64,000 nt of DNA. Origin: Dehalococcoidia bacterium. GTDB lineage: Bacteria; Chloroflexota; Dehalococcoidia; Lucifugimonadales; G963665405. Made by a program: the position numbers and the translations under genes. The stretch lies in NCBI GenBank assembly GCA_963665405.2, contig CAXXUH010000003.1, positions 292,809 through 356,808 of the forward strand, given 5' to 3'. Positions 54,820-64,000 of the stretch are shown in pieces (position 1 is the stretch's first letter; each line of letters starts with the position of its first letter). The notes under the pieces were generated by a model that did not search any database, was not told the origin of the DNA, and was given only the letters and a program-made list of their open reading frames with translations.

Positions 54820-55665
54820 CTATGCGGCTCGTCTTCTCGATGCCAGAACGACGCCTGCCCCCACTGCGACGAGTCCGCCGATGCTCCCTAACACGATGAT
54901 GAGCGCTAGGATTCCGCCGCTCATGCCGCCGCCTTCGTCCTCCAGTGGGAACGCTGCGGGCGTGGGCTCGGGCGGCGCTTCGAAGGTGGGCAGCGGCTCT
55001 GCAGTCGATGTCGCCGTCGGCACGGCTGATGGTGCCGCGGTCGAGGTTGGCGTGGGCGTCGCGGTCGCCGCTACGGCTGCCGGAACCAGCGTCGGCGTTG
55101 CAGTTGGCCGCACCGGCGTCGAGGGCGCCGTCGGCGTTGCTGTCGCCTCAGCCGGTGGCACAGGCGTTGACGTTGGAGTCGGCGTCGGAGTCGTGGTAGA
55201 CGTGGGCGTCGCCCCCGTCTCCGCTGGAGGCGTGGCGGTCGGCGTAGCCTGCACCGTCGGCGAGGGCGTCTGAGTAGCCTCCGGTGCGGGTGCGGGCGTT
55301 GGAGTGGCCTCCGGCGTGAGCGTGGCAGCCGGTGCGCCTGTCCAGACCAGAGCGAAGGTTGAGAAGCTGGACAGGAAGGCGGTGAACGTCCGGCGCGAGA
55401 AGTCGTGCGTTGTCAGGATGCTGTCCCACTCGCCCGAGGACGGCCTGAATCGCCGAATAGACAGTCGACCAGCTACGACCTCGTCTAACATCGCGGTGGG
55501 CCCACCAAGCTCCTGCACCTCCTGATCTGACAGCGTCACCGTCAGGGCAGCCGCGAAGAAGAAATTTGCGTCCCGGATCGGATTGCCTTCCGCGTCGAAC
55601 AGGTCGATCTGAACCGCTCGCAGGGCGCGCCCCAGAGGCTGGACCTCCAGCGACGCGGCGTCCAA
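54820..55665 (-). CDS. Pro/Thr/Ala-rich protein with a C-terminal TM anchor
   Basis: About 115-aa low-complexity (T/P/A)n linker, then GILALIIVLGSIGGLVAVGAGVVLASRRR. TTG start 5 nt from the IS end. No signal peptide or SD sequence, so the N-terminus is uncertain. Confidence 0.55.
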   Translation of the reverse strand: MDAASLEVQPLGRALRAVQIDLFDAEGNPIRDANFFFAAALTVTLSDQEVQELGGPTAMLDEVVAGRLSIRRFRPSSGEWDSILTTHDFSRRTFTAFLSSFSTFALVWTGAPAATLTPEATPTPAPAPEATQTPSPTVQATPTATPPAETGATPTSTTTPTPTPTSTPVPPAEATATPTAPSTPVRPTATPTLVPAAVAATATPTPTSTAAPSAVPTATSTAEPLPTFEAPPEPTPAAFPLEDEGGGMSGGILALIIVLGSIGGLVAVGAGVVLASRRRAA

Positions 55666-55674
55666 GAGCTTTAG

Positions 55675-57357
55675 CCCGAATCCACCGAATGACGGCCTTG
55701 GGGACAGCCCATGAAGAAGCTAGAGGGTGCTCCTCTGAATCTGGGATAATGGTTTTGGAACAGAAACCCGCGCGGAAACAAGGAGCACCCAATAGATGCT
55801 GCCACAGAACAAACCCGACCGTATCCGCATCCTCTTTGACGACCATCGCCTGGTGGCCAATGCCGGCCTGCTCGTGCCGGCCACCCTCGCCCGGCACCTG
55901 GGCCTGCGAGAACTCGTCGACCATCACCTTGACCTCGGCGGCGCGCCGGGACGGGCGAACACGGGGGACAAGATGCTGACGCTGGTCGCTTCCGCGCTGG
56001 CTGGCGGCGACTGCATCGACGACGCCGATGCGCTGCGCGCTGGTGGGACGGTCGGTGTTCTAGGCTGCGTGGTCAAGGCGCCATCCACCCTGGGGACGTT
56101 CCTGCGCAGCTTCCGGTGGGGGCATGTCCGTCAACTCGACCGCGTGAGCCGCCAGTTGTTGGCCCGGGCCTGGGCCGCTGGGGCCGGACCCGGCGACTCG
56201 CCCCTGACCATCGACCTGGACTCGACCATCTGCGAGACCTATGGACTGGCCAAGGAGGGAGCGCGCCACCACGGCTATACCGGCAAGCGGGGCTATCACC
56301 CCCTGTTGGCCGTCGCCGCCGGCACCGGCGACGTGCTGATGTCCCGGCTGCGCGAGGGCCGCGCCAACACCGCTCGGGGCGCCGCCCACTTCCTGCGTGA
56401 AACGGTGAGCCGGGTTCGCCGTGCCGGGGCCAGCGGGCAACTTACGGCGCGGGCCGACAGCGGCTTCTACGCCCACGCTCTCGTCGCCGCCTGTCGTGAG
56501 ATGGATGTCCGCTTCTCCATCACCATCCGCCAGCACAAAAGCCTGCGGAACCTGATCGAGGCGATTCCCGATGCAGACTGGACGCCGGTCCCCTACTGGA
56601 TGGACGGCGCCGCCGATGTGGCGCAGACCACCTACACCCCCTTCCGGACTGAGCCCGGCGCCGCACCGGTGCGGCTCATCGTCCGGCGGGTGAAGCCCAC
56701 GCCCGGTTCCCAACTGGCCCTCTTCGCCACCTACAGCTATCACGGCTTCATCACCGACCGGGACGGAGAGACCCTGGAACTGGAGGCCGACCACCGCCGC
56801 CACGCCGAGATCGAGAACGCCATTCGAGACCTCAAGTACGGCGTCGGTCTGAACCACATGCCGTCCGGCCGCTTCGCCGCCAACGGCGCTTGGCTGGCGG
56901 TACAGGTGATGGCCCACAACCTGGCCCGCTGGACGGCGCGGATCGGTCTGGGCGAGCAGATCGCGACCACCAAGACCCTTCGCGACGGTTCTTCTCCCTG
57001 GCCGGACGGCTCACCCGCTCGGCACGCCGCCTCACCCTGCATCTGCCACAGCGCTGGCCTTGGGAAACCCAGTTCAGTCGCGCCCTGCACGGCTGCGAGC
57101 GATTCCACTCCCAGCCACGGCGCCCGTCCGCAACTGACCCGCCATCCGCCCAACCGAACGTCCCCGCAAACTCGCGCCAGTCCGGTCCGCGAGCACCTCT
57201 CGCCGGCGTCCTCTCCCCGCCATCTCGCCCTACCCAACGTCCCCAGACGGTCACAATCACCGGCCCCATTTACCCGAATCGTGCCCGGACCATCGCCTCC
57301 CTTTGCCCCTCATCACCCATTCTGCTGCTGCAACATCATACCTTCGGTGGATTCGGG
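55675..57357 (+). mobile_element. IS1380-family insertion sequence, copy 2
   Basis: Same termini as copy 1. 5-bp direct repeat TTTAG at 55670-55674 and 57358-57362. It lacks a 28-nt segment present in copy 1. Confidence 0.85.
55796..57116 (+). pseudogene. IS1380-family transposase, frameshifted
   Basis: Identical to copy 1 over about 395 aa apart from a P/T difference. CTTCGCGACGG (about 56977-56987) corresponds to CTTCGGCGACGG in copy 1, a loss of one G. This changes the frame so the last about 45 aa are replaced and the ORF reads through to 57430. Confidence 0.8.
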
Positions 57358-57368
57358 TTTAGCTTTAG

Positions 57369-58857
57369 CCCGAATCCACCGAAGGACGGCCTTGGGGACA
57401 GCCCTTGAAGAGCCAGCGGGGCTCCTCTGAATCTGGGATAATGGTTTTGGAACAGAAACCCGCCCGGAAACTAAGGAGCACCCAACAGATGCTGCCACAG
57501 AACAAACCCGCGTATCCGCATCCTTTGAAGACCATCGCCTGGTGGCCAATGCCGGCCTGCTCCTGCCGGCCACTCCGGCACGGGAACTCGTCGACCGTTT
57601 CACCTTGACCTCGGCGGAGCGCCGGGACGGGCGAACACTGGGGACAAGATGCTGACGCGGTCGCTTCCGCGCCCTGGCAGCCGGCGACTGCATCGACGAC
57701 GCCGATGCGCTGCGCGCTGGTGGGACGGTCGGTGTTCTAGGCTGCGTGGTCAAGGCGCCATCCACTCTGGGGATCTTCCTGCGCAGCTTCCGGTGGGGGC
57801 ATGTCCGTCAACTTGACCGCGTGAGCCGCCAGTTGTTGGCCCGGGCCTGGAAGCCGGGGCCGGACCCGGCGACTCGCCCCTGACCATCGACCTGGACTCG
57901 ACCATCTGCGAGACCTATGGACTGGCCAAGGAGGGAGCGCTCAACCTATGGCCCGTCGGCTATCACCCGGCTGGCCATTGCCGCCGGCACTGATGTCCAT
58001 GCCGAGGTCCGGGCCGACACCGCCCGTGGCGCCGCCGCACGGCGGGGCCAACAACTCACGGTGCGGGCTCGACGCGGCTTCTACGCCCACACTGTCGTTG
58101 CCGCCTTGGATGTCCGCTTCTCTATCACCATGCCAGCGCCCACCGGGACCTGATCGAGGCGATACCAGAGGAGGACTGGACTCCCATTCCCAGGATGGAT
58201 GGCGCCGATGTCGCCGAGACGACTTACACCCCTCCAGGCCAAGCCGGACGCCGCGCCGGTGCGGCTCATTGTCCGGCGGGAGCGATGCCCGGTTCCCAGC
58301 TCGCCCTCGATACAGCTATCACGCCCATCACCGACCGCGATGGGGAGACGCTGGAACTGGAGGCCGATCATCGCCGCCACGCCGAGGTCGAGGCCATACG
58401 CGACGGTTCTGCCGTCGGCGCGCTTCGCCGCCAACGGCGCCTGGCTGGCGGTCCAGGTGATGGCCGGACGGCGCGGATTGGTCTGGGCGAGGGGACCCTG
58501 ATCACCACCCTCAGGCGACGGGTCTTCGACTGGTGCGGATCACCCGCTCGGCGCGCCGCCTCACTTTGCATCTCCCCCGGCGCTGGCCTTGGGAAACCCA
58601 GTTCAGTCGCGCCTTGGCCCGGCTGCAAGCCATTCCGTTCCCGGCCTGACGGCCAGCCTGCAACTGACCCAACGTCCCCCATCTCGCGCCACCCCGGTCG
58701 CGAGTGCTGCGTATCCTCTCGCCATCCCGCGCATCGCAACTCCCGCATAGGGTCTTAGGGGCCCTGTCCATCTACCCCAAGGCCATCTCCCCTGTAGCTC
58801 CCTCACCCCCTTCCGCTGTCCTCACGCCGTCCATCCGTGTCCTTCGGTGGATTCGGG
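57369..58857 (+). mobile_element. IS1380-family insertion sequence, copy 3 (decayed, no intact ORF)
   Basis: Both termini are retained (CCCGAATCCACCGAAGG / CCTTCGGTGGATTCGGG). The interior aligns to copies 1 and 2 with many small deletions and substitutions. Flanks are TTTAG and CTTAG. Confidence 0.8.
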
Positions 58858-58924
58858 CTTAGCTGGAACGTCGTGGCCAGAGACGGCGCTGCCAGCTGTA
58901 GGCTGACGCCCTGGGGTTGAGCTC

Positions 58925-61900
58925 GTGTTGGGCCATCCGCCCTTCGAGGGCGTCGACAACGTCATCGGCCGGCCCATCTTCCTGCCGCCGCTGGACCTGG
59001 CGAATGCTCAGCCCATCGACCCTGCGGTGAACACCACAGTCAGTGTCGTCTTGCGGGAAGGTGAAGAGCCCGTTTCAGTCTTCGTGGCTCCAGGCAGTCT
59101 GGAGGATCAGGACGGCAACCTCTACACCGGATTGCTCAGCATCACCGAGGTTCCACCGGACCTAACCCCGGCGGCCTTGCCGGACGACCTGCTTCCGGAT
59201 ACTGTCGTGACCATCCAGCCCGGCGAGATGGTCTTCACCACACCGGCGCCGATTACGTTCCCCAACCGAGCTGGCTTCCCGGCTGGAAGCGACATGGAGC
59301 TCTGGTCGATCAGCCCTGTCACAGGCGTGTTTGAACAGGTGGGCACAATGCGGGTCAGTGCCGACGGAAGCGTGATTGAAACGATCTCCGGCGGCATCCG
59401 CAACAGTAGCTGGCACTTCCCAGTGCCGCCCCCGCCGCCAGAGACCCTGGACCCGACAGACGACGACTTCAACCCCGACGAGTGTCAGGCATGCGGTGGC
59501 CAAGCGAGCGGCTCTGCTAGCTCTGAGATCCAGTTCTACACGGGAGCGCTGATCGAGACCCACGAGCTCGTACCCTACCAGTCCCAGGGCGTGGGCCGCG
59601 GCTTGACCCTGAGATATAGCTCGTTGACCGCGGACCCACGGCCCATCGTGCACCTCGGTATGGACAACGTCCCGTTCTTAGGGGTCGACGGGCGAATGGC
59701 CACCAGTCTGGTCATCGACCTGGGTGGGTTCAACGTGGTGTCTGGTGGTTTTTGGCACTTGCCTCTACCCGGAAGCTTTAGAGGCGCGCTGATGCCCGTC
59801 GGGAGCATCGATCGCAGCGGTCGTTATCCTTACCAGGTGACGGTGGGATTCGGTCGCATTTTTGCGAACTGCGTTATCTCTATTGGGTGTTCCACACATT
59901 TCATTGGCAGATTCTCTCAAGCGGCTCGAGGGACCCTGATCAGCGTCAGTGCTATCTCCAGCCCGTTCGGCGCCGGCTGGGCACTGGCCGGGTGGCAGGA
60001 GCTGGTGGAGAACGCCGATGGGTCGGTGCTGCTCATCGACGGCAATGGAACGACGGTGGTCTTCAGCAACCCCCAGGATGGCGTCTATGAATCTCCCCCC
60101 GGAGACTTCTCGACGCTGAAGAGGCTCCCCGGCGGAACCTTCAGCCGCACCCTCAAGGACCAGACCGAGTTCCTGTTCAACGACGAGAACAAGCTCGCGC
60201 TGGTGCGAGACCGCAACGGCAACGAGACCCGCCACGAGTATGACACCGCGGGCAGACTCATCAAGATCGTCGACCCGGTGGGCCTGGAAACGGTCTTCAC
60301 CTACACGGAGATTCCGGGCGTGGGGGACAGGATCACCTCCATCACCGATCCTGCCGGTCGCACAACCCAGCTGGAGCATGACGACAGAGGCAATCTGACT
60401 CGAATCACCGACCCCGACGGTTCGGCGCGGACCTTCGAGTACGACGACCAGCACCACCTGACCGCCGAGATCGACAAGCTGGGGAATCGGGAGGAGGCCT
60501 TTTACGACCCCGTCTCCGGGCGGGCTACCGGAGCGCTTCGCAAGGACGGGTCATTCGTAAGTGTCGATCCGGTAGCGACGCGAGGTCTCCACCCCCGGCA
60601 ATTTGGGCTGGGAGGACTCATCGACGCGCCCTTTGCGGTCAATCGCGGCGACCCCATAGCTAGCTACGCCGACGCCAACGGCAACATGACCACCACGACG
60701 CTTGACACCCTGGGGCAAGCGGCTTCTTCATTCGACGCCATAGGCTCCTTGGGAGCTACCGTACGCGACGAGGACCACCTGGTCGTCGCTCGCACGGATG
60801 GTGAGGGCAATGCCACCTTCTTCGAATACGACGAACGCGGAAACCTGACCCGAGTGCTCGATGACCTAGCCGGCGGTGTCGTCAGGTGGGTCAACCTGGC
60901 AGGGGGGGATTGGCTAAATCCGGACAATTGGAACACCGGCGTCGTCCCTGGTCCATCTGACAACGTCTTCATCGGGCTCGATGGCGGGACCTATCAGGTC
61001 ACCCTCTCGACCAATGTAACGATCAGATCCTTGACCGTGGGCGGGAGCGTCGGGACGCAGCTGCTGGCTCTTACCGGCAGCACCGTGATCGCCCCCGCAG
61101 GAGTGCATATCAGGGCCAGCGCTATCGTCAACCTTCGCAGCAGCACGATCAATGGGGATCTGCTGAACGACGGGACGCTGCTGGCCCGAGCCACCAGCGC
61201 GATCAACGGGGCGTTGAGCAACGGAGTGGACGCGACGCTGAGGGTAGAGGGACTGGCAGCTATTGCTCATGCGACACTCACGGTGGCGAACGGCTTCACC
61301 AACGAGGGGCTGATCGAGCTGTTCGGCGACGTCTCCTTCCGCTCGGCGACGCTGAACGTGAGCGCGGGGACTCTGGTCAACGCGGTGGGTGGGAGCATCG
61401 ACGCGCTGGCTGGCGGTGGGGGTCCCCGGGCCCTCAATGCCCAGCTCGACAACCAGGGGACGCTGACGGTGAGCCAGGTGCTGACCATCGGCAAGGCGTC
61501 TGCGGCCCACACCAACAGCGGGACGATCAGCGTCACCGGCGGCAACCTGACGCTGAACCAGTCGGGGACGTCTCCGAGCTTCACCAGCACGGGCGGCATC
61601 ACGTTGGCCGCGGGCCGGACGCTGACGATCAACGGCGGGACACTGAACCACGACGCGGGGAGCATCGGCGGTGAGGGCGCCCTGGCCCTGTCCGGCGTGG
61701 CCGTCAACCTGGGAGTCGACTTCGCCAACGACGTGGGCGCCCTCTCCTTCACCAACTCGACCGTCAACGGCCCAGGGATACTGACCAACCCAGTGGGGAA
61801 GACCATGACCGTCGCCGGTACCACGATCAATGCGGAGCTGGCGAACCTGGGGACACTGCGGGCGCGGGCCACCAGCGCGATCAACGGGGCGTTGAGCAAC

Positions 61901-64000
61901 GGAGTGGCCGCGACGCTGAGGGTAGAGGGACTGGCAGCTATTGCTCATGCGACACTCACGGTGGCGAACGGCTTCACCAACGAGGGAGCGATCGAGCTGT
62001 TCGGCGACGTCTCCTTCCGCTCGGCGACGCTGAACGTGAGTTCGGGCACTCTGGTCAACGCGGTGGGTGGGAGCATCGACGCGCTGGCTGGCAGTGGGGG
62101 ACCCCGGGCCCTCAATGCCCAGCTCGACAACCGGGGGACGCTGACGGTGAGCCAGGTGCTGACCATGGGCAAGGCGTCTGCGGCCCACACCAACAGCGGG
62201 ACGATCAGCGTCACCGGCGGCAACCTGACGCTGAATCAGTCGGGAACCTCTCCGAGCTTCACCAACACGGGCCGCATCACGTTGGCCGCGGGCCGGACGC
62301 TGACGATCAGCGGCGGGACACTGAACCACGACGCGGGGAGCATCGGCGGTGAGGGCGCCCTGGCCCTGTCCGGCGTGGCCGTCAACCTGGGAGTCGACTT
62401 CACCAACGACGTGGGCGCCCTCACCTTCACCAACTCGACCGTCAACGGCCCAGGGATACTGACCAACCCAGTGGGTAAGTCCATCACGCTGAGCGGTACC
62501 ACGGTGAACGCGGAGCTGGTGAACGACGGGACACTACGGGCGCGGGCCACCAGCGCGATCAACGGGGCATTGAGCAACGGAGTGGCCGCGACGCTGAGGG
62601 TAGAGGGACTGGCAGCTATTGCTCATGCGACACTCACGGTGGCGAACGGCTTCACCAACGAGGGAGCGATCGAGCTGTTCGGCGACGTCTCCTTCCGCTC
62701 GGCGACGCTGAACGTGAGTTCGGGCACTCTGGTCAACGCGGTGGGTGGGAGCATAGACGTCCTGGCTGGGGGTGGTGGGCCTCGCACGCTCAATGCCCAG
62801 ATCGACAACCAGGGAACGCTGACGGTGAGCCGGGTGGTGACCATGGGCAAGGCGTCCGCGGCACACACCAACAGCGGGACGATAAGCGTCGCGGGCGGCA
62901 ACCTGACGGTGTCACCAGCGACCTCCCTGACCAATACGGGCACGATCGAGATCGCCGCAACCCGGGTATTCTCCCTGAGTGGGGCGTACACGCAAGGGTC
63001 GACCGGCGCGCTCAGCGTGGACATAGCCGGTCCCGCGGCCGGACAGTTCGGCCGCGTCACGGTGAGTGGCGCTGCGTCGCTGGCGGGGACACTCAACATC
63101 GACATGCTCTCGGGCACGACGGTAATTGCCGGTGACGCGTACGCCGTCGTGACCTATGGCTCGCGCGCGGGAACGTTCGATCCGATCACTGTTTCTGGCC
63201 TCGACCCTGGATTTGTCCTCGATCCCTCGTATGGCGCATCCGCCTTGACCCTCACCGCGGTAGCGGTCGTAGCCGCGTCCGCCTCCACAGAGTCGGTCTT
63301 CGTTGCCTATCTAACCCAGTTCGCCGACCGTCTCGACCAATCTACTGCCCGCGCGCGCCTCTCGTTGGCGCCCAGATCGACCAGCCTGACAGCGGCGGCT
63401 CTGGTCACGAGCGTGAATACGGTCGAGGAGTACGACGCTGACGTAGCTTTGTTCTACTACGTGCTGCCGGCGTCCAATTGGGGCACCCAGACGGACCTGA
63501 GCTGGGTCATAGGCGAGGCGAGCGCCCGGTGGAACGGTTCGTTCGTCGTTGCGGAGCCTGACGGAGCGGATGTGGTCGGCGGGGTCGAGAGCCTTTTCAG
63601 GATATCTGCTGGGTCCCGAACCTTGTCGATGGTGGCGAATGCGAGCACGGACGTCGAGCTATTCGACCGTGTGGCTCGACTGGCCGAGGAGTTGGCCCCG
63701 ACACCGATGGTCGCGCCCCATCCGGCCACCACGCCGGCCAGCTCGACTGCGCTGGACGGGTCGACTCCAACATTGGGACCCACAAGTATCTCCATCGCCG
63801 CCGTCGGCACGATTCAATTGGGCGTCGAATTTACCTATGACCCTGTCTTCAGCCAGATCACCAGCGTCACCGACGAGCTCGGCCACCAGACGCTCATCGA
63901 GATCGATCCGGCCAACGGGAACGCGCTGTCCAGCACCCGCGTAGTAGGTCTTCCTGATACTGAAAGCACTGAGACCGACGACATTGTCACCCTGTTCTCC
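58925..64000 (+). CDS. Very large YD/RHS-repeat protein with an embedded beta-helix-like repeat array (3' end outside the window)
   Basis: My manual translation of the frame with codons starting at 58925 found no stop codons between the TGA at 58904-58906 and the window end. It is absent from the ORF track, probably because it has no stop in the window. YD repeats include YDTAGRLIKIVDPVG, HDDRGNLTRITDPDGSARTFEYDDQHHL, FEYDERGNLTRV and FTYDPVFSQITSVTDELGH. The start codon is uncertain. Confidence 0.8.
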   Translation, partial: MLGHPPFEGVDNVIGRPIFLPPLDLANAQPIDPAVNTTVSVVLREGEEPVSVFVAPGSLEDQDGNLYTGLLSITEVPPDLTPAALPDDLLPDTVVTIQPGEMVFTTPAPITFPNRAGFPAGSDMELWSISPVTGVFEQVGTMRVSADGSVIETISGGIRNSSWHFPVPPPPPETLDPTDDDFNPDECQACGGQASGSASSEIQFYTGALIETHELVPYQSQGVGRGLTLRYSSLTADPRPIVHLGMDNVPFLGVDGRMATSLVIDLGGFNVVSGGFWHLPLPGSFRGALMPVGSIDRSGRYPYQVTVGFGRIFANCVISIGCSTHFIGRFSQAARGTLISVSAISSPFGAGWALAGWQELVENADGSVLLIDGNGTTVVFSNPQDGVYESPPGDFSTLKRLPGGTFSRTLKDQTEFLFNDENKLALVRDRNGNETRHEYDTAGRLIKIVDPVGLETVFTYTEIPGVGDRITSITDPAGRTTQLEHDDRGNLTRITDPDGSARTFEYDDQHHLTAEIDKLGNREEAFYDPVSGRATGALRKDGSFVSVDPVATRGLHPRQFGLGGLIDAPFAVNRGDPIASYADANGNMTTTTLDTLGQAASSFDAIGSLGATVRDEDHLVVARTDGEGNATFFEYDERGNLTRVLDDLAGGVVRWVNLAGGDWLNPDNWNTGVVPGPSDNVFIGLDGGTYQVTLSTNVTIRSLTVGGSVGTQLLALTGSTVIAPAGVHIRASAIVNLRSSTINGDLLNDGTLLARATSAINGALSNGVDATLRVEGLAAIAHATLTVANGFTNEGLIELFGDVSFRSATLNVSAGTLVNAVGGSIDALAGGGGPRALNAQLDNQGTLTVSQVLTIGKASAAHTNSGTISVTGGNLTLNQSGTSPSFTSTGGITLAAGRTLTINGGTLNHDAGSIGGEGALALSGVAVNLGVDFANDVGALSFTNSTVNGPGILTNPVGKTMTVAGTTINAELANLGTLRARATSAINGALSNGVAATLRVEGLAAIAHATLTVANGFTNEGAIELFGDVSFRSATLNVSSGTLVNAVGGSIDALAGSGGPRALNAQLDNRGTLTVSQVLTMGKASAAHTNSGTISVTGGNLTLNQSGTSPSFTNTGRITLAAGRTLTISGGTLNHDAGSIGGEGALALSGVAVNLGVDFTNDVGALTFTNSTVNGPGILTNPVGKSITLSGTTVNAELVNDGTLRARATSAINGALSNGVAATLRVEGLAAIAHATLTVANGFTNEGAIELFGDVSFRSATLNVSSGTLVNAVGGSIDVLAGGGGPRTLNAQIDNQGTLTVSRVVTMGKASAAHTNSGTISVAGGNLTVSPATSLTNTGTIEIAATRVFSLSGAYTQGSTGALSVDIAGPAAGQFGRVTVSGAASLAGTLNIDMLSGTTVIAGDAYAVVTYGSRAGTFDPITVSGLDPGFVLDPSYGASALTLTAVAVVAASASTESVFVAYLTQFADRLDQSTARARLSLAPRSTSLTAAALVTSVNTVEEYDADVALFYYVLPASNWGTQTDLSWVIGEASARWNGSFVVAEPDGADVVGGVESLFRISAGSRTLSMVANASTDVELFDRVARLAEELAPTPMVAPHPATTPASSTALDGSTPTLGPTSISIAAVGTIQLGVEFTYDPVFSQITSVTDELGHQTLIEIDPANGNALSSTRVVGLPDTESTETDDIVTLFS
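61145..62907 (+). repeat. Tandem 678-bp (226-codon) in-frame repeats, about 2.6 copies, inside the YD/RHS ORF
   Basis: CCACCAGCGCGATCAACGGGG recurs at 61191, 61869 and 62547, an exact 678-bp period. The copies are nearly identical at the nucleotide level. The encoded units are Gly/Asn/Thr/Leu-rich. Confidence 0.9.

Noticed and set aside
45938-57357. Inversion of the 47.6-55.7 kb segment by recombination between the oppositely oriented IS copies 1 and 2.
   Set aside because: Each copy is flanked by its own matching 5-bp duplication: CTAAG/CTAAG for copy 1 and TTTAG/TTTAG for copy 2. That pairing would be broken by an inter-copy inversion.
61145-62907. Diversity-generating retroelement (template/variable repeat pair) as the explanation for the repeats in the giant ORF.
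   Set aside because: No reverse transcriptase gene is in the window. The repeats are tandem and in frame, and I saw no adenine-specific mismatch pattern between copies.

Overview
This is a 64-kb high-GC bacterial chromosomal window. GC was judged by eye, not computed, and the taxon cannot be determined from the sequence alone.

Layout:
- 0-22 kb: almost entirely minus-strand housekeeping genes. These are ald, a GlcD/GlcF-type FAD/Fe-S oxidase, an SDR, a GreA-family factor with an extra N-terminal domain, polA and a phosphohexomutase. A long SAM-cycle and methionine-salvage gene string (mtnA-mtnP-rhodanese-PfkB kinase-ahcY-metK) sits behind a textbook SAM-I riboswitch with a terminator platform. 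A PFK and an acyl-CoA ligase follow.
- 22-45 kb: mixed metabolism and transport genes. These are an orphan Fe(3+)-type ABC binding protein, an omega-transaminase, HtrA, DUF3179, an LLM oxidoreductase, an MFS transporter, a lipoprotein, a DinB-like protein, an amidohydrolase, an acyl-CoA synthetase, a crotonase, an amidase and an enolase-superfamily enzyme.
- 45-64 kb: three IS1380-family copies (one intact, one frameshifted, one decayed), a Zn-ADH, an SDR, a TIR/NB-ARC plus TPR STAND gene pair with a receiver-domain gene and a trypsin-like protease, a Pro/Thr-rich anchored protein, and a very large YD/RHS-type ORF that runs off the window and is absent from the ORF track.

Main observations:
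1. A visibly lower-GC three-gene island at 36.3-38.2 kb is the best candidate for an undescribed defence-type module. It encodes a CAP12/Pycsar-type TIR-like protein with an unassigned C-terminal domain, a minimal GIY-YIG nuclease and a 94-aa protein.
2. The TIR-NB-ARC/TPR gene is split at a G5 run.
3. The DAHP synthase gene is broken by a 25-nt insertion that is a chimera of two IS1380 fragments. A 28-nt IS fragment is also embedded in a nearby repeat hairpin.
4. A modular stacked-hairpin repeat family and a roughly 240-310-bp MITE with target duplications fill nearly every intergenic gap, and they carry conserved G-quadruplex motifs.

I recognised no rRNA, tRNA or CRISPR array.
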